Numbered from the stretch's first letter, positions 53,172 to 64,000 are shown. The stretch: DNA of 64,000 nucleotides from an uncultured cyanobacterium (GCA_963718615.1 OY970368.1:3808001-3872000); one strand, 5' to 3'. The notes: generated by a model not told the origin, from the sequence alone. Made by a program: numbers and translations.

Positions 53172-53510
53172 TCAATCACGCTGGTTCAACGACATCAAAG
53201 GCTGAGACCGCAGTTCCTCCTCGCAGAGATCATCCACAAACTGCCCTAAACCAATCACATCCGGATTTCGCGCAATATCCTGGGCCGTTCGGAACGAGAA
53301 ATGACGATCGCCCTGCTGCTCCGTCCAAGCCTGCTGCACCGCCGCATCGGGATAGTGGCCTCGGTCTAGCAGGTGCATGAGTCCAGCCCAACGCTGTTTG
53401 AGCTGCGAGGTTTCACCCACGTAGATTTTGTAGGGACCGATGTGGGCGATCGCAAAGATCCCGGAGCGTCGTTTAGACTGCGACTGTGTAGAATTGAGCT
53501 GCATGATCAT
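53172..53510 (-). CDS. Small GIY-YIG-like hypothetical protein
   Basis: SGIF......IYVGET..L..RW. Confidence 0.6.
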   Translation of the reverse strand: MIMQLNSTQSQSKRRSGIFAIAHIGPYKIYVGETSQLKQRWAGLMHLLDRGHYPDAAVQQAWTEQQGDRHFSFRTAQDIARNPDVIGLGQFVDDLCEEELRSQPLMSLNQRD

Positions 53511-53567
53511 GATTGAGCACCACTGACCCTCCCATGGTGCCCCAAGCTTCTCCGAATCAACAACGGG

Positions 53568-53927
53568 TTATCCCCCCAATCCAGGTTCTGTAAGACTTTC
53601 TGGGTCAGGACGCCACAAATATACGGCTAGGTCAATCTTGCCATTAGGCTTAAATTCAATCCCCTCATCCTCCAGCAAGGCTCGCTGCACATAGTCCGAA
53701 CCATTACGGACGATCGCATAGGACACCTCCCCCTTGGCATTCACCACCCGCTGCCAGGGGATCTCCGGCTCCGGCTCCGCCACGCGAAATAGCGCATACC
53801 CCACCACCCGAGGTTTTCCCGCTAACCCCGCTAGTGCTGCAACTTGGCCATAGGTCGCGACTTTTCCCCGAGGAATTTGACGCACCACGGCATAGATTTT
53901 GGCGTAGGCATTCGCAGACTGAATCAC
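53568..53927 (-). CDS. MGMT-family alkyltransferase-like protein (no catalytic Cys)
   Basis: IPRGKVATYGQVA, PWQRVVN instead of PCHRV. Confidence 0.9.
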   Translation of the reverse strand: MIQSANAYAKIYAVVRQIPRGKVATYGQVAALAGLAGKPRVVGYALFRVAEPEPEIPWQRVVNAKGEVSYAIVRNGSDYVQRALLEDEGIEFKPNGKIDLAVYLWRPDPESLTEPGLGG

Positions 53928-53931
53928 GGGG

Positions 53932-56900
53932 CTAAGAGACCGGCAAACCGGTTTCCGGCGAGGGTTCCGCCATGGGCTCCGGCAAACCATCCGGGGGTTC
54001 GTCCTGGGGCAAATCCTGTTCGCTGCGGTAGCCCGACTCAATCAGATACCGGAACGCTTGGGCGATCGCCTCAGCACAACGCTGGGGCGGAGACTGATAA
54101 AACCGACCCCAAGCCGCAGCCGTATGGGGCGCGTAGTCATCAGTTTGTTCAGCATGGTCCTGGAGCCAAGCGATTCGGACAGCATGACCAATCAGAACAT
54201 CCAAAACAATGTGGTCTTCGATGCGGAGCTCGGGGTTACCCTGGGCGATCGCCGTCAGTTCCAACAGCGCTTCAATATTCAACCGACGATACTCAGGCAC
54301 CTGAATCTTGTTAAGCAAATGCTCGATTCTCAACGCAAAATTGGTTTCTCCCGGCGTCATTTCTAGGACCAGGGGATAGCTATCCAGACGATTGCGCCGT
54401 TCCAGCTTGTCGCCAATCACAATGCCCTTACATTGGTTGAGCAACTGCCACACCCCTTTGTAAAAGTCCTTGGGAATACGATTCAGCGATCCTTCTAGCT
54501 GACGGCGCTGTCGCCAGTCCTTGGGTGGGGGTTCTTGGCCTTCGGAGTCAGGGCGGATGATCCAGGCGATCGGCTGTTTAACCGTGGCGACGTGGAGCGA
54601 CTCCTGTTGCCGCAACATCTCACTCACATGGTCCCGTTCCGCCAAAACGGACTGCAACCGCGTTTTGATTTCGAAGGGGCTTAGCCCCATCAGGGCTTCG
54701 TAGGCTTCATCCTGGGTGAGATGCTGTTCTTGCCCTAGTTGGCTGGTCAACAGCAGGATCAGATAGCCTACGCGAAGGGTGAGAAAACCTTGGAACAGCT
54801 CAGGGTCGGCCCGCATGAGGACGCCGAGGTAGAGGAGGATCTCCTGGGAGAGGACGCGATCGCGAATATCTTCCCGACAAAACTCCGTCAGTTTTTCCAA
54901 CAACTCCGGATTAGACAGCGGTTGCGTGATCAACGAAGCTTCGCTATAGGCACGACCCACCGCAATTTGCTTGCGCCGCACCAGCATTTCCGTGACCGCA
55001 TCGGAAAGACCAATATCCACTTTATCGAGCAACCCCGCTGCCCGCCGCACCAAAGCCCAAAGACGAAGCTGACTGGCCTTATCATAAACTTCGTCTAGCA
55101 ACTCCTGCACCGAAATCCGCTCTTCCCCCATCGGGACCCGCAATTCAAGTCCTTCTAAATTCCGTAGGGTTTGCAGCAGTTCGATTTGCTCATAGAGATT
55201 TTCCGACTGTTGCAATCGTCCAAAGACTGTTTCTAGATCAGTCTCACTTTCAATCTGAAACTCTTGCACATTGCTGAGGGCAATATTCTGAGCTGGGTCC
55301 AACTTGAGCCGAGCAATTTTAATCGACGGCCCGCGTAAACTGGAGGCTTCGAAGCGAAAATTATGGGGATCATCAATCCGCTCCAGACCCGCCGTCAACA
55401 GGAGTTGTTGCAAGGGACCCACCTTAATCGGCACCCCGTCACAATGGCCACTATTGAGTTCTTGAATCAACTCCAGAAATGCAGTTTGTCCGCTGGCAAA
55501 CATCCGTCTCGTAATCAACAGCGTCATCACAGGTTGACCCAACTGACGCCAATGGCGATAGAGATAGGACAGTTCACTTTTAATTTGCGCGACGAGAAAA
55601 TGCTCATCCAGCGTCAGATAAAACTGATCCAGATCCAAAAATGCGGGTAAAAAGGCGATCGCTTCCCCCCGAATACGAAACAGCCGGGAGGTCGTTAAGC
55701 TCCGTAAGCGCCGCAGGGGTCGCCCTGTTAGCCCCAAGGCCGCGTTGGAGCCAATGTGGTGATACAACGCCGCCAGTTCTTGGGCCGAGTGGAGCTGTAG
55801 GGGTTGGAGATCCCCCGGCGTTTGCGTGGCGATACCGAGCGCTTCCAATTCCGCTTGCAGCGTAGCGTCCTCGCTGAGCAGCGCCACTTGCACAACGGGA
55901 CGACGCGGATTGCCCAGTTTGCGATGGCGACCGAGGGGATCAATATCACCAGGACTCAGCAGCCCCTCCAGGAGCATTTGGCCCAGGTAGTAAAGGCTTT
56001 GCGCCCAGACAAGGGGAATATTTTCGTTGGGAAGTCGGGCTTGGCTCTGGGGCTTTTGTCGTTCCGCTTCAACCTGGCCTTCGGGGACGTAGTAAAGCTC
56101 GGGCAGGAGGGCAACGCCGTTGCGCTTGACTTCGACAAAGGCGAGGCGATCGCGATACTCCGCCACCTGCGCCCCATCCCCCCGAAAAATCCCATCCAAC
56201 AATAGATAGGTATAAAACAGCGGCCACTCACATTCAATCTGTTCAAACTGCTGCAATTCCCAAGGTTCGTAATGCAACCGGCGGGTGTCTTCAATGGCGG
56301 TTTGGTGACCATCACGCAAAAAGCGTTTGCAGCCGTAGCGGCCCTGGAGTTTTGTAATAATTTCGTTGCGCGTCCGGGTCACCAAGGCTTCGTCTTCCAC
56401 GGCAAAGGCCGGGTAACTAATGGCGCTGAGGGTGGCCGCATCGACTTCCTTCGAGCCCGATTCGCGGGGCAAAAGCGAGAGTAGCGTGGCACGGGCACGG
56501 GCGATTTCGTCGGGTAGGACGTGAATCACCGACGACTGACCACCATTAATCCCAAACAAATTCAAACCGCTGATCGCCTCCAGCGCCGCCTTGGCCATGC
56601 CCACGGAACTGGCATTCAGCTCTGGATTGCCGTGGTTAATCTTATTGCCCCGCTCCCAAATGCCATAGTCCGGCGTGCGGTAGGTGCGGCCAATGTAATA
56701 GACCAGGTTTTGAACAAAGTTAACTTCATCCAGCGTATAGGCAATGGATAACCCCGACGCCGTCATCTGCGCCAGCATCAGGACAAACAGTGATGTGGCA
56801 TCGAGCTGTAGATGACCCCACTGATCATCGCCAACCACCGTATCCCCCGTACGGGTATCGTACTTGGCATGGAGCGAGTCCAGCGGGTGCTGGGTGTCCT

Positions 56901-57219
56901 TAAACCGTTCAACCTTCTCCGCCTGTTTCATCATGGCGAACAGCAACCCTCGCATCAGCTTGATGACGCTGTGCTCTAATTCAAAGGTGCGTCCGGGGTC
57001 GGTGTTGTATTTGCGGTAGGCGATCGCCAATCCCCACACCGCCAAAATGCTATACACATTATCCCGGACCCAGGCATCGGTATAGTCCCCATGGGTCGTG
57101 ACGGCAGTACTGGCAGGGAGCAAACCGCTAATGGGATTTTGCCGACTCAGAATCACCTGCTTGATGGGCTGATAATAGCGATCAAGCTGCTGATGCAGAT
57201 CAGGAAGGCTGCTGGGCAT
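53932..57219 (-). CDS. Glycoside hydrolase 15-like / phosphorylase kinase alpha-beta family protein
   Basis: GLLPAS, AWVRDN, WGHLQLDA, DYGIWERG, RFLRDG, PLVWAQS. Confidence 0.9.
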   Translation of the reverse strand: MPSSLPDLHQQLDRYYQPIKQVILSRQNPISGLLPASTAVTTHGDYTDAWVRDNVYSILAVWGLAIAYRKYNTDPGRTFELEHSVIKLMRGLLFAMMKQAEKVERFKDTQHPLDSLHAKYDTRTGDTVVGDDQWGHLQLDATSLFVLMLAQMTASGLSIAYTLDEVNFVQNLVYYIGRTYRTPDYGIWERGNKINHGNPELNASSVGMAKAALEAISGLNLFGINGGQSSVIHVLPDEIARARATLLSLLPRESGSKEVDAATLSAISYPAFAVEDEALVTRTRNEIITKLQGRYGCKRFLRDGHQTAIEDTRRLHYEPWELQQFEQIECEWPLFYTYLLLDGIFRGDGAQVAEYRDRLAFVEVKRNGVALLPELYYVPEGQVEAERQKPQSQARLPNENIPLVWAQSLYYLGQMLLEGLLSPGDIDPLGRHRKLGNPRRPVVQVALLSEDATLQAELEALGIATQTPGDLQPLQLHSAQELAALYHHIGSNAALGLTGRPLRRLRSLTTSRLFRIRGEAIAFLPAFLDLDQFYLTLDEHFLVAQIKSELSYLYRHWRQLGQPVMTLLITRRMFASGQTAFLELIQELNSGHCDGVPIKVGPLQQLLLTAGLERIDDPHNFRFEASSLRGPSIKIARLKLDPAQNIALSNVQEFQIESETDLETVFGRLQQSENLYEQIELLQTLRNLEGLELRVPMGEERISVQELLDEVYDKASQLRLWALVRRAAGLLDKVDIGLSDAVTEMLVRRKQIAVGRAYSEASLITQPLSNPELLEKLTEFCREDIRDRVLSQEILLYLGVLMRADPELFQGFLTLRVGYLILLLTSQLGQEQHLTQDEAYEALMGLSPFEIKTRLQSVLAERDHVSEMLRQQESLHVATVKQPIAWIIRPDSEGQEPPPKDWRQRRQLEGSLNRIPKDFYKGVWQLLNQCKGIVIGDKLERRNRLDSYPLVLEMTPGETNFALRIEHLLNKIQVPEYRRLNIEALLELTAIAQGNPELRIEDHIVLDVLIGHAVRIAWLQDHAEQTDDYAPHTAAAWGRFYQSPPQRCAEAIAQAFRYLIESGYRSEQDLPQDEPPDGLPEPMAEPSPETGLPVS

Positions 57220-57380
57220 GACGATGGTTGCGCTGATTCCCCTTTAGGATTCCCAGAAGCCCCTTACGAAGCAGGGGGAAGAACCCAGCAGGGATGGATA
57301 GATTTTAAGATTTTTTTAATTATCCACCATCACCGGACGACTGGCGTTCTTCTTTTAGCGTCTTCCCTTGGCTTCTTTCC

Positions 57381-59036
57381 TTAGCTTGCCGAGGCATTTT
57401 GCGTTGCAGCAGCATAGTTGATTTCGTAGCCAATATCATCCAAAATCGCCAGGTCCAAAAGGGTCGGCAACTGGCGTCGCCCAGTGACACTCACCGGGTC
57501 CATCACCGTTTCCCCCGATCCCCCGAATTCGTAGCCATCGAGAATATGAGAGTGATCGTCCTCCAGCAGAATCGGTTGTCCACCATTCTGAGCTAACGCA
57601 TTGGGTCCCACAAAGCTATTGGAGACTAGATACTGAGCAAAGGCGTTGATCTGGTCGCTAAACCCTAAAATGTGACCCAGTTCATGAACTGCTGTCGACA
57701 AAAAGTCACTTTGATTAAAGGGAATATCGTTGCTCGTTGCCGGTGTCGTATCAAAGAACCAGTTCGCATCCCGATTAAATGTCAGCGATCCCAGCCAGGG
57801 TTCAAAATCATCCCCGACATAGCGCGTTTCATTGGAAAAGAATCCTGACGCCCCAGCAAAACCTAAGGTACCGCCGGTGCCTAGACTTTGGGTGCCCACA
57901 AAGACTAAGACATCGTCGATCGCCCGATCCGTCACATAAATATCGCTGGCTTGCCCTGGCGAGGTGAGATAGGTTTCGTCCGTCTCTGGATTGCGCACAA
58001 AGGGCGTGGCTGTTCCCGCAGGCACCTCTGCAAACTCATCCACAATAATTCGTTCCCAAACCCGTGCTGCGGCTTCTAACACTGCCTTGCGCTCCGGCGT
58101 GAACCAGCCTTGGGTGTCAAATCGATAGTCAAATTCAATATTAAAGGGCGAGTCACTATAGAATAGCGTTTCTGCCTGACGGGTCGCCCCCTGCATTTCC
58201 CAGAGGGCGCTTTGCCCAAAACTCTCGGTTTCCCAGATCAAATCCGCTCGCCCATCAGCGGTATAGTCGCCAATGCCGCAAAGCTTCCAATCGAGGTCGG
58301 GGATCACGTCGATCGCCAGCTCTTGGCTTCGCTGGGCTCCGGTCATCAGCCAAATCCTGGCCTGTCCAGTAGTCGTATCGCGCCAGAGCAAATCCCAGGA
58401 GCCATTGCCATCAAAATCCCCAGACCCGAGGAGCGATCGCCCCGTCATATCCACATTGGGCTCAATCATCGCGGTGCCCTGGCGGTTCGTTCCTGACAGG
58501 TACCAAATCAACCGCTCACCCGTTTGACGGTCGTACCAGAGCAGATCATCCCACTGACTGTCTTGGTCAAAATCTCCTACACCGCGAATTTCCCAATCTG
58601 TATCGGTAACGCTGGGGAGGGCGATCGCCTGTTGGGGTGAAGTCCCATTCATCAACCACACTAAATTCTGCCCCGTGCGCTGGTTACGCCACACCAAATC
58701 GGAACTGGCATCGCCGTTGAAATTGCCACTGGCCTGGAGCTGCCAGTTTGGATCCTGGATCAGCGGCGCTAGGGCCGGTTGCGCCAAGAGCTGCGCCTGA
58801 TCCATCAGCCAGATATTCGCCTTACCCGTGGTCGGATTGCGCACCACGACATCCGCTTTTCCGTCCTGGTTAAAATCCTGGGGCACATAGGCAGCCGTAT
58901 CCGCATGAACCGGCAGCGCGACCATGAGGCCATAGCCCTCTAGGCCATAGCTATCTAGAGCCGTGGGTCCACCGATCCCTAAGGCCGATCCCCCTACCTC
59001 TGCCCATACCTCTGCCGTTCCTGCACTTGATCCCAT
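57381..59036 (-). CDS. FG-GAP/VCBS repeat protein with C-terminal zinc metallopeptidase
   Basis: Repeated DFN.DG..DL.WR; HELGHILGF; start uncertain. Confidence 0.85.
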   Translation of the reverse strand: MGSSAGTAEVWAEVGGSALGIGGPTALDSYGLEGYGLMVALPVHADTAAYVPQDFNQDGKADVVVRNPTTGKANIWLMDQAQLLAQPALAPLIQDPNWQLQASGNFNGDASSDLVWRNQRTGQNLVWLMNGTSPQQAIALPSVTDTDWEIRGVGDFDQDSQWDDLLWYDRQTGERLIWYLSGTNRQGTAMIEPNVDMTGRSLLGSGDFDGNGSWDLLWRDTTTGQARIWLMTGAQRSQELAIDVIPDLDWKLCGIGDYTADGRADLIWETESFGQSALWEMQGATRQAETLFYSDSPFNIEFDYRFDTQGWFTPERKAVLEAAARVWERIIVDEFAEVPAGTATPFVRNPETDETYLTSPGQASDIYVTDRAIDDVLVFVGTQSLGTGGTLGFAGASGFFSNETRYVGDDFEPWLGSLTFNRDANWFFDTTPATSNDIPFNQSDFLSTAVHELGHILGFSDQINAFAQYLVSNSFVGPNALAQNGGQPILLEDDHSHILDGYEFGGSGETVMDPVSVTGRRQLPTLLDLAILDDIGYEINYAAATQNASAS

Positions 59037-59210
59037 GTTTCTTGCCCACAAGTCCAATGGCGATAGGTAACATAGGCTACCGCGCATTACCACGGTAGAA
59101 GACAGATCCTCAAATCGGCTCAGGAAAAATCAGGATTTCGTCAGAAAAATCGGGGATCAATGCCAGACAATTCAGGGCAATTGCGAAGGACAATGGCAAA
59201 GTAGGGGCGA

Positions 59211-59241
59211 TCGCAGGCCATCGCAGGCCATCGCAGGCCAT
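59211..59241. repeat. Short tandem repeat TCGCAGGCCA x3
   Basis: Three perfect 10-bp units starting inside a HIP1-like site. Confidence 0.85.
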
Positions 59242-59391
59242 TGAAACCCCAACTTTGAGCCCCAGCCTAGTCAGCTTTTTAGCCAATTTCGACCGTTTTC
59301 AGGCACTTTTCCCCATCTATCTCCTTAGCTAGACCCGCAGTTTACATTTCGTAATGTTAAGATCGGGTTTGTAATCTGACCTTCCTCCCAA

Positions 59392-60147
59392 ATGGTGGCA
59401 ACTTTGTTAGGCGGTTTACCCTCCATTAATCAAGGCGGCGATCAGCTGGTCAGTAAAGCTGTCAGTGCGGCGATCGCAGCGCTTTTCAAACGAACCGACA
59501 AAATCGACGCGACGGTGCGGGCAGAGCCTGTGTCTAAGCTTCTCCAGGGAAGTATCGATGGATTTGATTTTGTCGGGAAAGGCTTGCTGATGTACAACGG
59601 GCTTCGCATCGAAGCCATGGAACTGTACGTCGAGGCCGTGGCGATCGACTTTGGCGCAATTTTGAGCGGTCGCATTAAGCTGCGGCGTCCCACGGAAGCT
59701 CGGCTACGGGTTTTGCTCACGGAGACGGACCTCACGACTTCGTTCAATACGCCGTTCGTCGTTCAAAAGCTTCAGAAACTGGAAATTGAAGGCCAAAGTC
59801 TGCAATTGCGGCAAACCACGATGAACGTCCAAGATGACCGGACGCTGCAAATCAATTCCACGATTCAAGTGGGGGAGGAGGAGCCGGTAGCGCTGGATAT
59901 CAATGCCAAAGTTGCCGTTGAGGAACGACGGCGCATTCAGTTCACAGAGGTCAAGTACGGGGGCTGCGAGAAAGCGATCGCCCTAGGTCAAGCCCTAGTG
60001 GGCCATGTCAACCATTTGATGGATCTGGATAAATTTGCGCTGGATGGGACGCAGCTCCGCATTGACCAGGTGCGGGTCCGGGACAATCAGCTGACGTTTT
60101 ATGGCACCGCGCAAATTGATCGGTTTCCTGAGCGTAAAGCCGCTTAA
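59392..60147 (+). CDS. DUF2993 (LmeA-like) protein
   Basis: KLLQGSIDG...G.GL, LTE.DL..SFN. Confidence 0.8.
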   Translation: MVATLLGGLPSINQGGDQLVSKAVSAAIAALFKRTDKIDATVRAEPVSKLLQGSIDGFDFVGKGLLMYNGLRIEAMELYVEAVAIDFGAILSGRIKLRRPTEARLRVLLTETDLTTSFNTPFVVQKLQKLEIEGQSLQLRQTTMNVQDDRTLQINSTIQVGEEEPVALDINAKVAVEERRRIQFTEVKYGGCEKAIALGQALVGHVNHLMDLDKFALDGTQLRIDQVRVRDNQLTFYGTAQIDRFPERKAA

Positions 60148-60197
60148 ATCGCTTAAATATAATCCACAGCCACGATATACAGCTAAGCACTAACACA

Positions 60198-61877
60198 CTA
60201 GTTGGGTGCAAATTCCCGGACTAAGCTCAAGGGCACTGCGGGCTGACTCAGATACTGGGCATAGGCTGCGTTCAGGTAGTCTTTGTACTGAGCTTGCTCT
60301 GCCCCATAGGCTTTGACAAAGGCCACACTCAGCGCCGCCAGGTAACGCTGGGTCAGCTTGGGATCAGGCCCCGCTAACCCCGAAGGAATGGGTAGAGCCT
60401 TCTCGTTGGGTCCGGGTTCTGCCAGAGTGGAAAAATGGGTGGCGTTGCGCATTAAGACGAGATAGCGATCGCGCACCATCAACCAAGTAAAGGGCCGCAG
60501 TTGCTCTTCGGAGGGCGGCACAACAAAATCTGCACTGCCTGATACAATCATCGTTGGCACCTTGACTTTTGCCAGTCCCGCCTGATTAAACACCTTGCTC
60601 GTCAGTGGATTGACCGCCAAAACAGCCTTAATGCGGGGATCGGCCAAGGGCACCGAAGCCGAACGCAGTTCGCCCACCTGACATTGCAGCAAGAGAGAAA
60701 GATTCAAAAAGGAGCGCGGTTCTCCATTGATGCAGGCTTGGTTGAGGGCTGAAAAATTCAGCTCGGCCCCCCCCAACGCCAAGGCCGTATAGCCCCCAAA
60801 GGATTGACCGATAACGGTGACGTGATCGAGGTTAATTTTTCCCTTAAAGTGAGGATCCGTCGGCTCGAGCTGCGTCAGCCGGTTCAAGATAAACTGAGCA
60901 TCCAGCGGGCGATCGAGCGCTTCTCGGGGTTCCGGTGGGCCTGCAACTCCATCAAAAAACTGTTGAAACTTAACATTATTACTCCCCACATGTTCTGGCA
61001 CCGCCACCGCAATGCCATGGGACACCAAATGTTTGGCCAAATAGGCGAGGGTGTGGCGATTCGAGGCAATTCCGTGGGAAATCAAGACCAAGGGCGCAGG
61101 CGTGGAGCCCTCTGGAATATAAAAATCTACCGGGATCGGGCGATCGCGCGATTCATCCTGCCAATCCACCTCATAGCTCTGCCACTGGCTCGATCCGGGC
61201 AACTGCAGATTTTCCAACGCCTGAAAATTGGGAGCGGCAACCTGGGTCGCTTCCCGCTGGGCTTCGGCCTCAACGGCCAGCGCGAGGCGATCGCCCTCCG
61301 CAAACAGCGCCTCCACTTCCTGGGCAATCCCCATCCCGGCATTGACATCCACCTGCACTTCCCGCGTCGGAAACTTTCGCAGCAGGTTGAGCAAGGTCAG
61401 TCCTTCGGGAGAAGCCGCCGCCTGCACAACCGTTGCCCGCAGGGCTGTCGCACCATTTTCGCTCCCGCTGCTTTTAATCACCCCCCCCAAACGGCGCAAC
61501 ATCACCGCACCGGTTTTAGAGTAAGCCAACTGAGACACGAGTGTTGGACTCATTTCGACCCTTTGCTGCAAGGCCTCTCGTAAACTATCCAACTGTTCCG
61601 CCGAGACCAACCCCCCATAGCGAGACAACTCGCCCTGCAACTTGCCGGTTTTGGCATAGTTTTCTAGCTCTTGAACCGGCACCGCAAACTTGATGGGACC
61701 GTAAACAATGGTCATAACCTCAGCACTAAGAGCCGGAATGGCCGCAAACATAGACAGCAGACCAATCCCCCAGGGGAAGGGCGATCGCCACCCTTGCCAC
61801 AGTCGAGGAGAAATCTTCAAGAACGCTTTCACGGGTCGCTGAACCGACCCAAGACGAGACGAATCCGAAACAACCAT
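60198..61877 (-). CDS. Alpha/beta hydrolase with DUF1400 N-terminus
   Basis: ISHG, VIGQSFGGYTAL, DPRIKAV, THFS. Confidence 0.88.
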   Translation of the reverse strand: MVVSDSSRLGSVQRPVKAFLKISPRLWQGWRSPFPWGIGLLSMFAAIPALSAEVMTIVYGPIKFAVPVQELENYAKTGKLQGELSRYGGLVSAEQLDSLREALQQRVEMSPTLVSQLAYSKTGAVMLRRLGGVIKSSGSENGATALRATVVQAAASPEGLTLLNLLRKFPTREVQVDVNAGMGIAQEVEALFAEGDRLALAVEAEAQREATQVAAPNFQALENLQLPGSSQWQSYEVDWQDESRDRPIPVDFYIPEGSTPAPLVLISHGIASNRHTLAYLAKHLVSHGIAVAVPEHVGSNNVKFQQFFDGVAGPPEPREALDRPLDAQFILNRLTQLEPTDPHFKGKINLDHVTVIGQSFGGYTALALGGAELNFSALNQACINGEPRSFLNLSLLLQCQVGELRSASVPLADPRIKAVLAVNPLTSKVFNQAGLAKVKVPTMIVSGSADFVVPPSEEQLRPFTWLMVRDRYLVLMRNATHFSTLAEPGPNEKALPIPSGLAGPDPKLTQRYLAALSVAFVKAYGAEQAQYKDYLNAAYAQYLSQPAVPLSLVREFAPN

Positions 61878-62093
61878 GATGGCTTTTAGACTAATCGGTT
61901 AGCACTATCTCCACTTTTCCCAGTTTATGGGGTGACTCCAGCTTCAGGGGGACTTTTCTGGGATATGAGTTCATATACCCTGAGTATCAAGGCCACAGAA
62001 TATTAAGGCCACAGACGCTTTTGCTGATTCTTTTTTCAATGTCTGGTCCTAAACTTCCGGAGACCCTGGACAGGACGAACGGAAAAGCAGAAG

Positions 62094-63431
62094 ATGCGCA
62101 CCATCCCTAGAGAGCCTGCCCGAGACACTATGAATAATTCCCCTAAGGCTGCATCCTCAAGGCGGCGATCGCGGCTATATGGGTTTCCTGCTTTAAGTCT
62201 TCCCGTTTGGATCCTCACAATTGGTCGTCTACTCTCCCAAATTGGCACCGGCTTCACACTATTTTCAGCACCCATCTTCTTTTCCCAAGATCTTGGGTTG
62301 TCCAGCGGTCTAATTGGCCTCGGACTTGGACTCGGATCACTCATGGGGGTCGCAGGACGGATCTTCAGCGGAACCCTGGCCGATCGTCCTCGAATTGGGC
62401 GCAAACCCATTTTGCTGGCATCCGCAGGGATTTCTGCCTTGGCCGATCTGTGTTTTGCGACGGCCCAGGGTTGGTCCCTCTTTTTAATGGGCAATTTACT
62501 GATGGGATTTGGCATTGGACTGTATTGGCCCGCCATGGAAGCAGCCGTTGCCGATTTAACCACTGAGGGCGATCGCAACGAAGCCTTTGCCCTTAGCCGC
62601 CTCGGCGACAATCTCGGTCTCGGGTTGGGGGTCATCTGCGGTGGCTGGCTGATGGTGAGCAAAATTCCCTATGCTTGGCTTTTCTGGGCCGATGGGGTTT
62701 CCTTTATCGTCTTTGCGGGCTTAGTTTCCGGTTTTGTGCGAGAGACCGTTGCAGAAAAAACTGATCTTGTTTTCCAATCTCAACGGCAGGGTTGGAAACA
62801 GGCCTTGGGCGATCGCACTCTGCAACAATTCATCTTTATTAACATTCTTTTTACGCTGTATCTCTCCCAAGTCCAAAGCACGCTTCCTCTCTTTCTAAGT
62901 CAAACGTTTATCAAGATCCAAGGTTCCTTATCCAGTGCTTTTCTCAGCAGTCTATTTACGATTTATGTATTTCTAACTGCTGTTTTACAGCTCCCTGTTG
63001 CTCGTTTCTTTAGACGACGAGGTCATCTTTCCATGCTAAAAGTCTCGATTTTCTGTTGGGGTTTAGGCTTTCTTTCTCTAGCGGCTCTAGGCCTCTTTTC
63101 TAGTGGTATTAATCCAGGCTTTATCAAATTCTGGAGTTTTTTAAGCCTATTGTTTCTTTCCCTTGGAACCGTCTGCTATCTACCAGCAGCATCAGCTTTT
63201 GTCGCCGCCCTAGCCCCAGCACATTTACGCGGCATTTATCTCTCTATTAACTCTCAATGCTGGGCGATCGGCTACTTTTTAGGACCTCCTTTAGGAGGTT
63301 GGGCCTTAGACACATTTCAAACTCAAAGTTTTATTCTTTGGTTCAGTATTGCCCTTTCTACACCCTGGGGTTGGCTCAAAATTCAACAGCTTCAGCAACA
63401 GCAACAGCTACAGTCACAACAAAATCACTAA
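62094..63431 (+). CDS. MFS transporter
   Basis: G.LADR..IGRK motif A; ~12 TM segments; Gln-rich tail. Confidence 0.92.
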   Translation: MRTIPREPARDTMNNSPKAASSRRRSRLYGFPALSLPVWILTIGRLLSQIGTGFTLFSAPIFFSQDLGLSSGLIGLGLGLGSLMGVAGRIFSGTLADRPRIGRKPILLASAGISALADLCFATAQGWSLFLMGNLLMGFGIGLYWPAMEAAVADLTTEGDRNEAFALSRLGDNLGLGLGVICGGWLMVSKIPYAWLFWADGVSFIVFAGLVSGFVRETVAEKTDLVFQSQRQGWKQALGDRTLQQFIFINILFTLYLSQVQSTLPLFLSQTFIKIQGSLSSAFLSSLFTIYVFLTAVLQLPVARFFRRRGHLSMLKVSIFCWGLGFLSLAALGLFSSGINPGFIKFWSFLSLLFLSLGTVCYLPAASAFVAALAPAHLRGIYLSINSQCWAIGYFLGPPLGGWALDTFQTQSFILWFSIALSTPWGWLKIQQLQQQQQLQSQQNH

Positions 63432-63476
63432 CAGGCGCTTAAGTATCCCAATCAATGTCAATACAAGCTTCAAAAC

Positions 63477-64000
63477 TTACCAACAGGATTTGCCATTATC
63501 AAGCGTACGATGGTTCTCTCCCGTTCTTAATGCACCCAAAAGCGTAGAAACAATCACGCAACGCTTAGTAGAACCACCATTCGGCATAGAAAATGTTAAT
63601 CGTCCTAGCTGACCATTCACTTGCCCCAAATGATTGAACTGAATTCTCCGAATTTCACCGGATTTTGATAGCGTAGTTTCCGCATCTAGTTGCACACCCA
63701 ATGGAAAATTTTTCCAGACACCGTCCGACGGCAACATTCCAGCCGGATGCGTTGCCCACTGTACCCAACCCTCTTTCACTCGAAAACTCGCCTGCCATTT
63801 ACGTCGATGCTGGATTGCCTTTGCCTGGGCCTCCCTCATAACATCTAAAGCTTCGGAACGAGCAGTATTGAGCGTTTGAGTTCGTTGAAAAGCGATAAAA
63901 CTGGGGGAGGCGATCGCCATCAAAAGCCCCGAAATGACAAGTGAAACCAACATTTCACTAAGAGTGAAACCCCTGTCATCAAAATTATTCTGTCTAGCCA
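63477..64000 (-). CDS. Type IV pilin-like / pseudopilin protein (start at window edge)
   Basis: Upstream in-frame RGFTLSEMLVSLVI prepilin motif; KRCVIVSTLLGA C-terminus. Confidence 0.88.
   Translation of the reverse strand, partial: ARQNNFDDRGFTLSEMLVSLVISGLLMAIASPSFIAFQRTQTLNTARSEALDVMREAQAKAIQHRRKWQASFRVKEGWVQWATHPAGMLPSDGVWKNFPLGVQLDAETTLSKSGEIRRIQFNHLGQVNGQLGRLTFSMPNGGSTKRCVIVSTLLGALRTGENHRTLDNGKSCW

Noticed and set aside
1-64000. GCGATCGC octamer abundance as a new repeat
   Set aside because: This is the well-known cyanobacterial HIP1 sequence.

Overview
Cyanobacterial chromosomal segment (psbA, cofG, frequent HIP1 GCGATCGC octamers). Positions 1-34255 and 52435-64000 are mostly housekeeping genes (fusA-tuf-rpsJ, asnS, xseAB, recA, psbA, cofG, rnhB-rne, dapL, clpS, ppk1, pheA, rsmA and others). 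Between them (~34260-52430) is a more AT-rich accessory island built around a decayed integron. It has an intI pseudogene, an attI-side array of 41-bp-periodic palindromes, and minus-strand cassettes with attC sites. An IS21 splits a Schlafen/AlbA cassette, and there are IS1 remnants and a stress cluster (heme-oxygenase-like enzyme, methyltransferase, Mn catalase). The main finding is two copies of a ~970-bp internally deleted IS110-family element, each inserted at the same position of an attC site. Their left non-coding end reads by eye as a bridge RNA with two tandem target-binding loops, whose guides match the attC L'' and R'' boxes, plus one donor-binding loop matching the predicted circle junction. 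All calls are by-eye sequence reading; no searches or folding programs were run.
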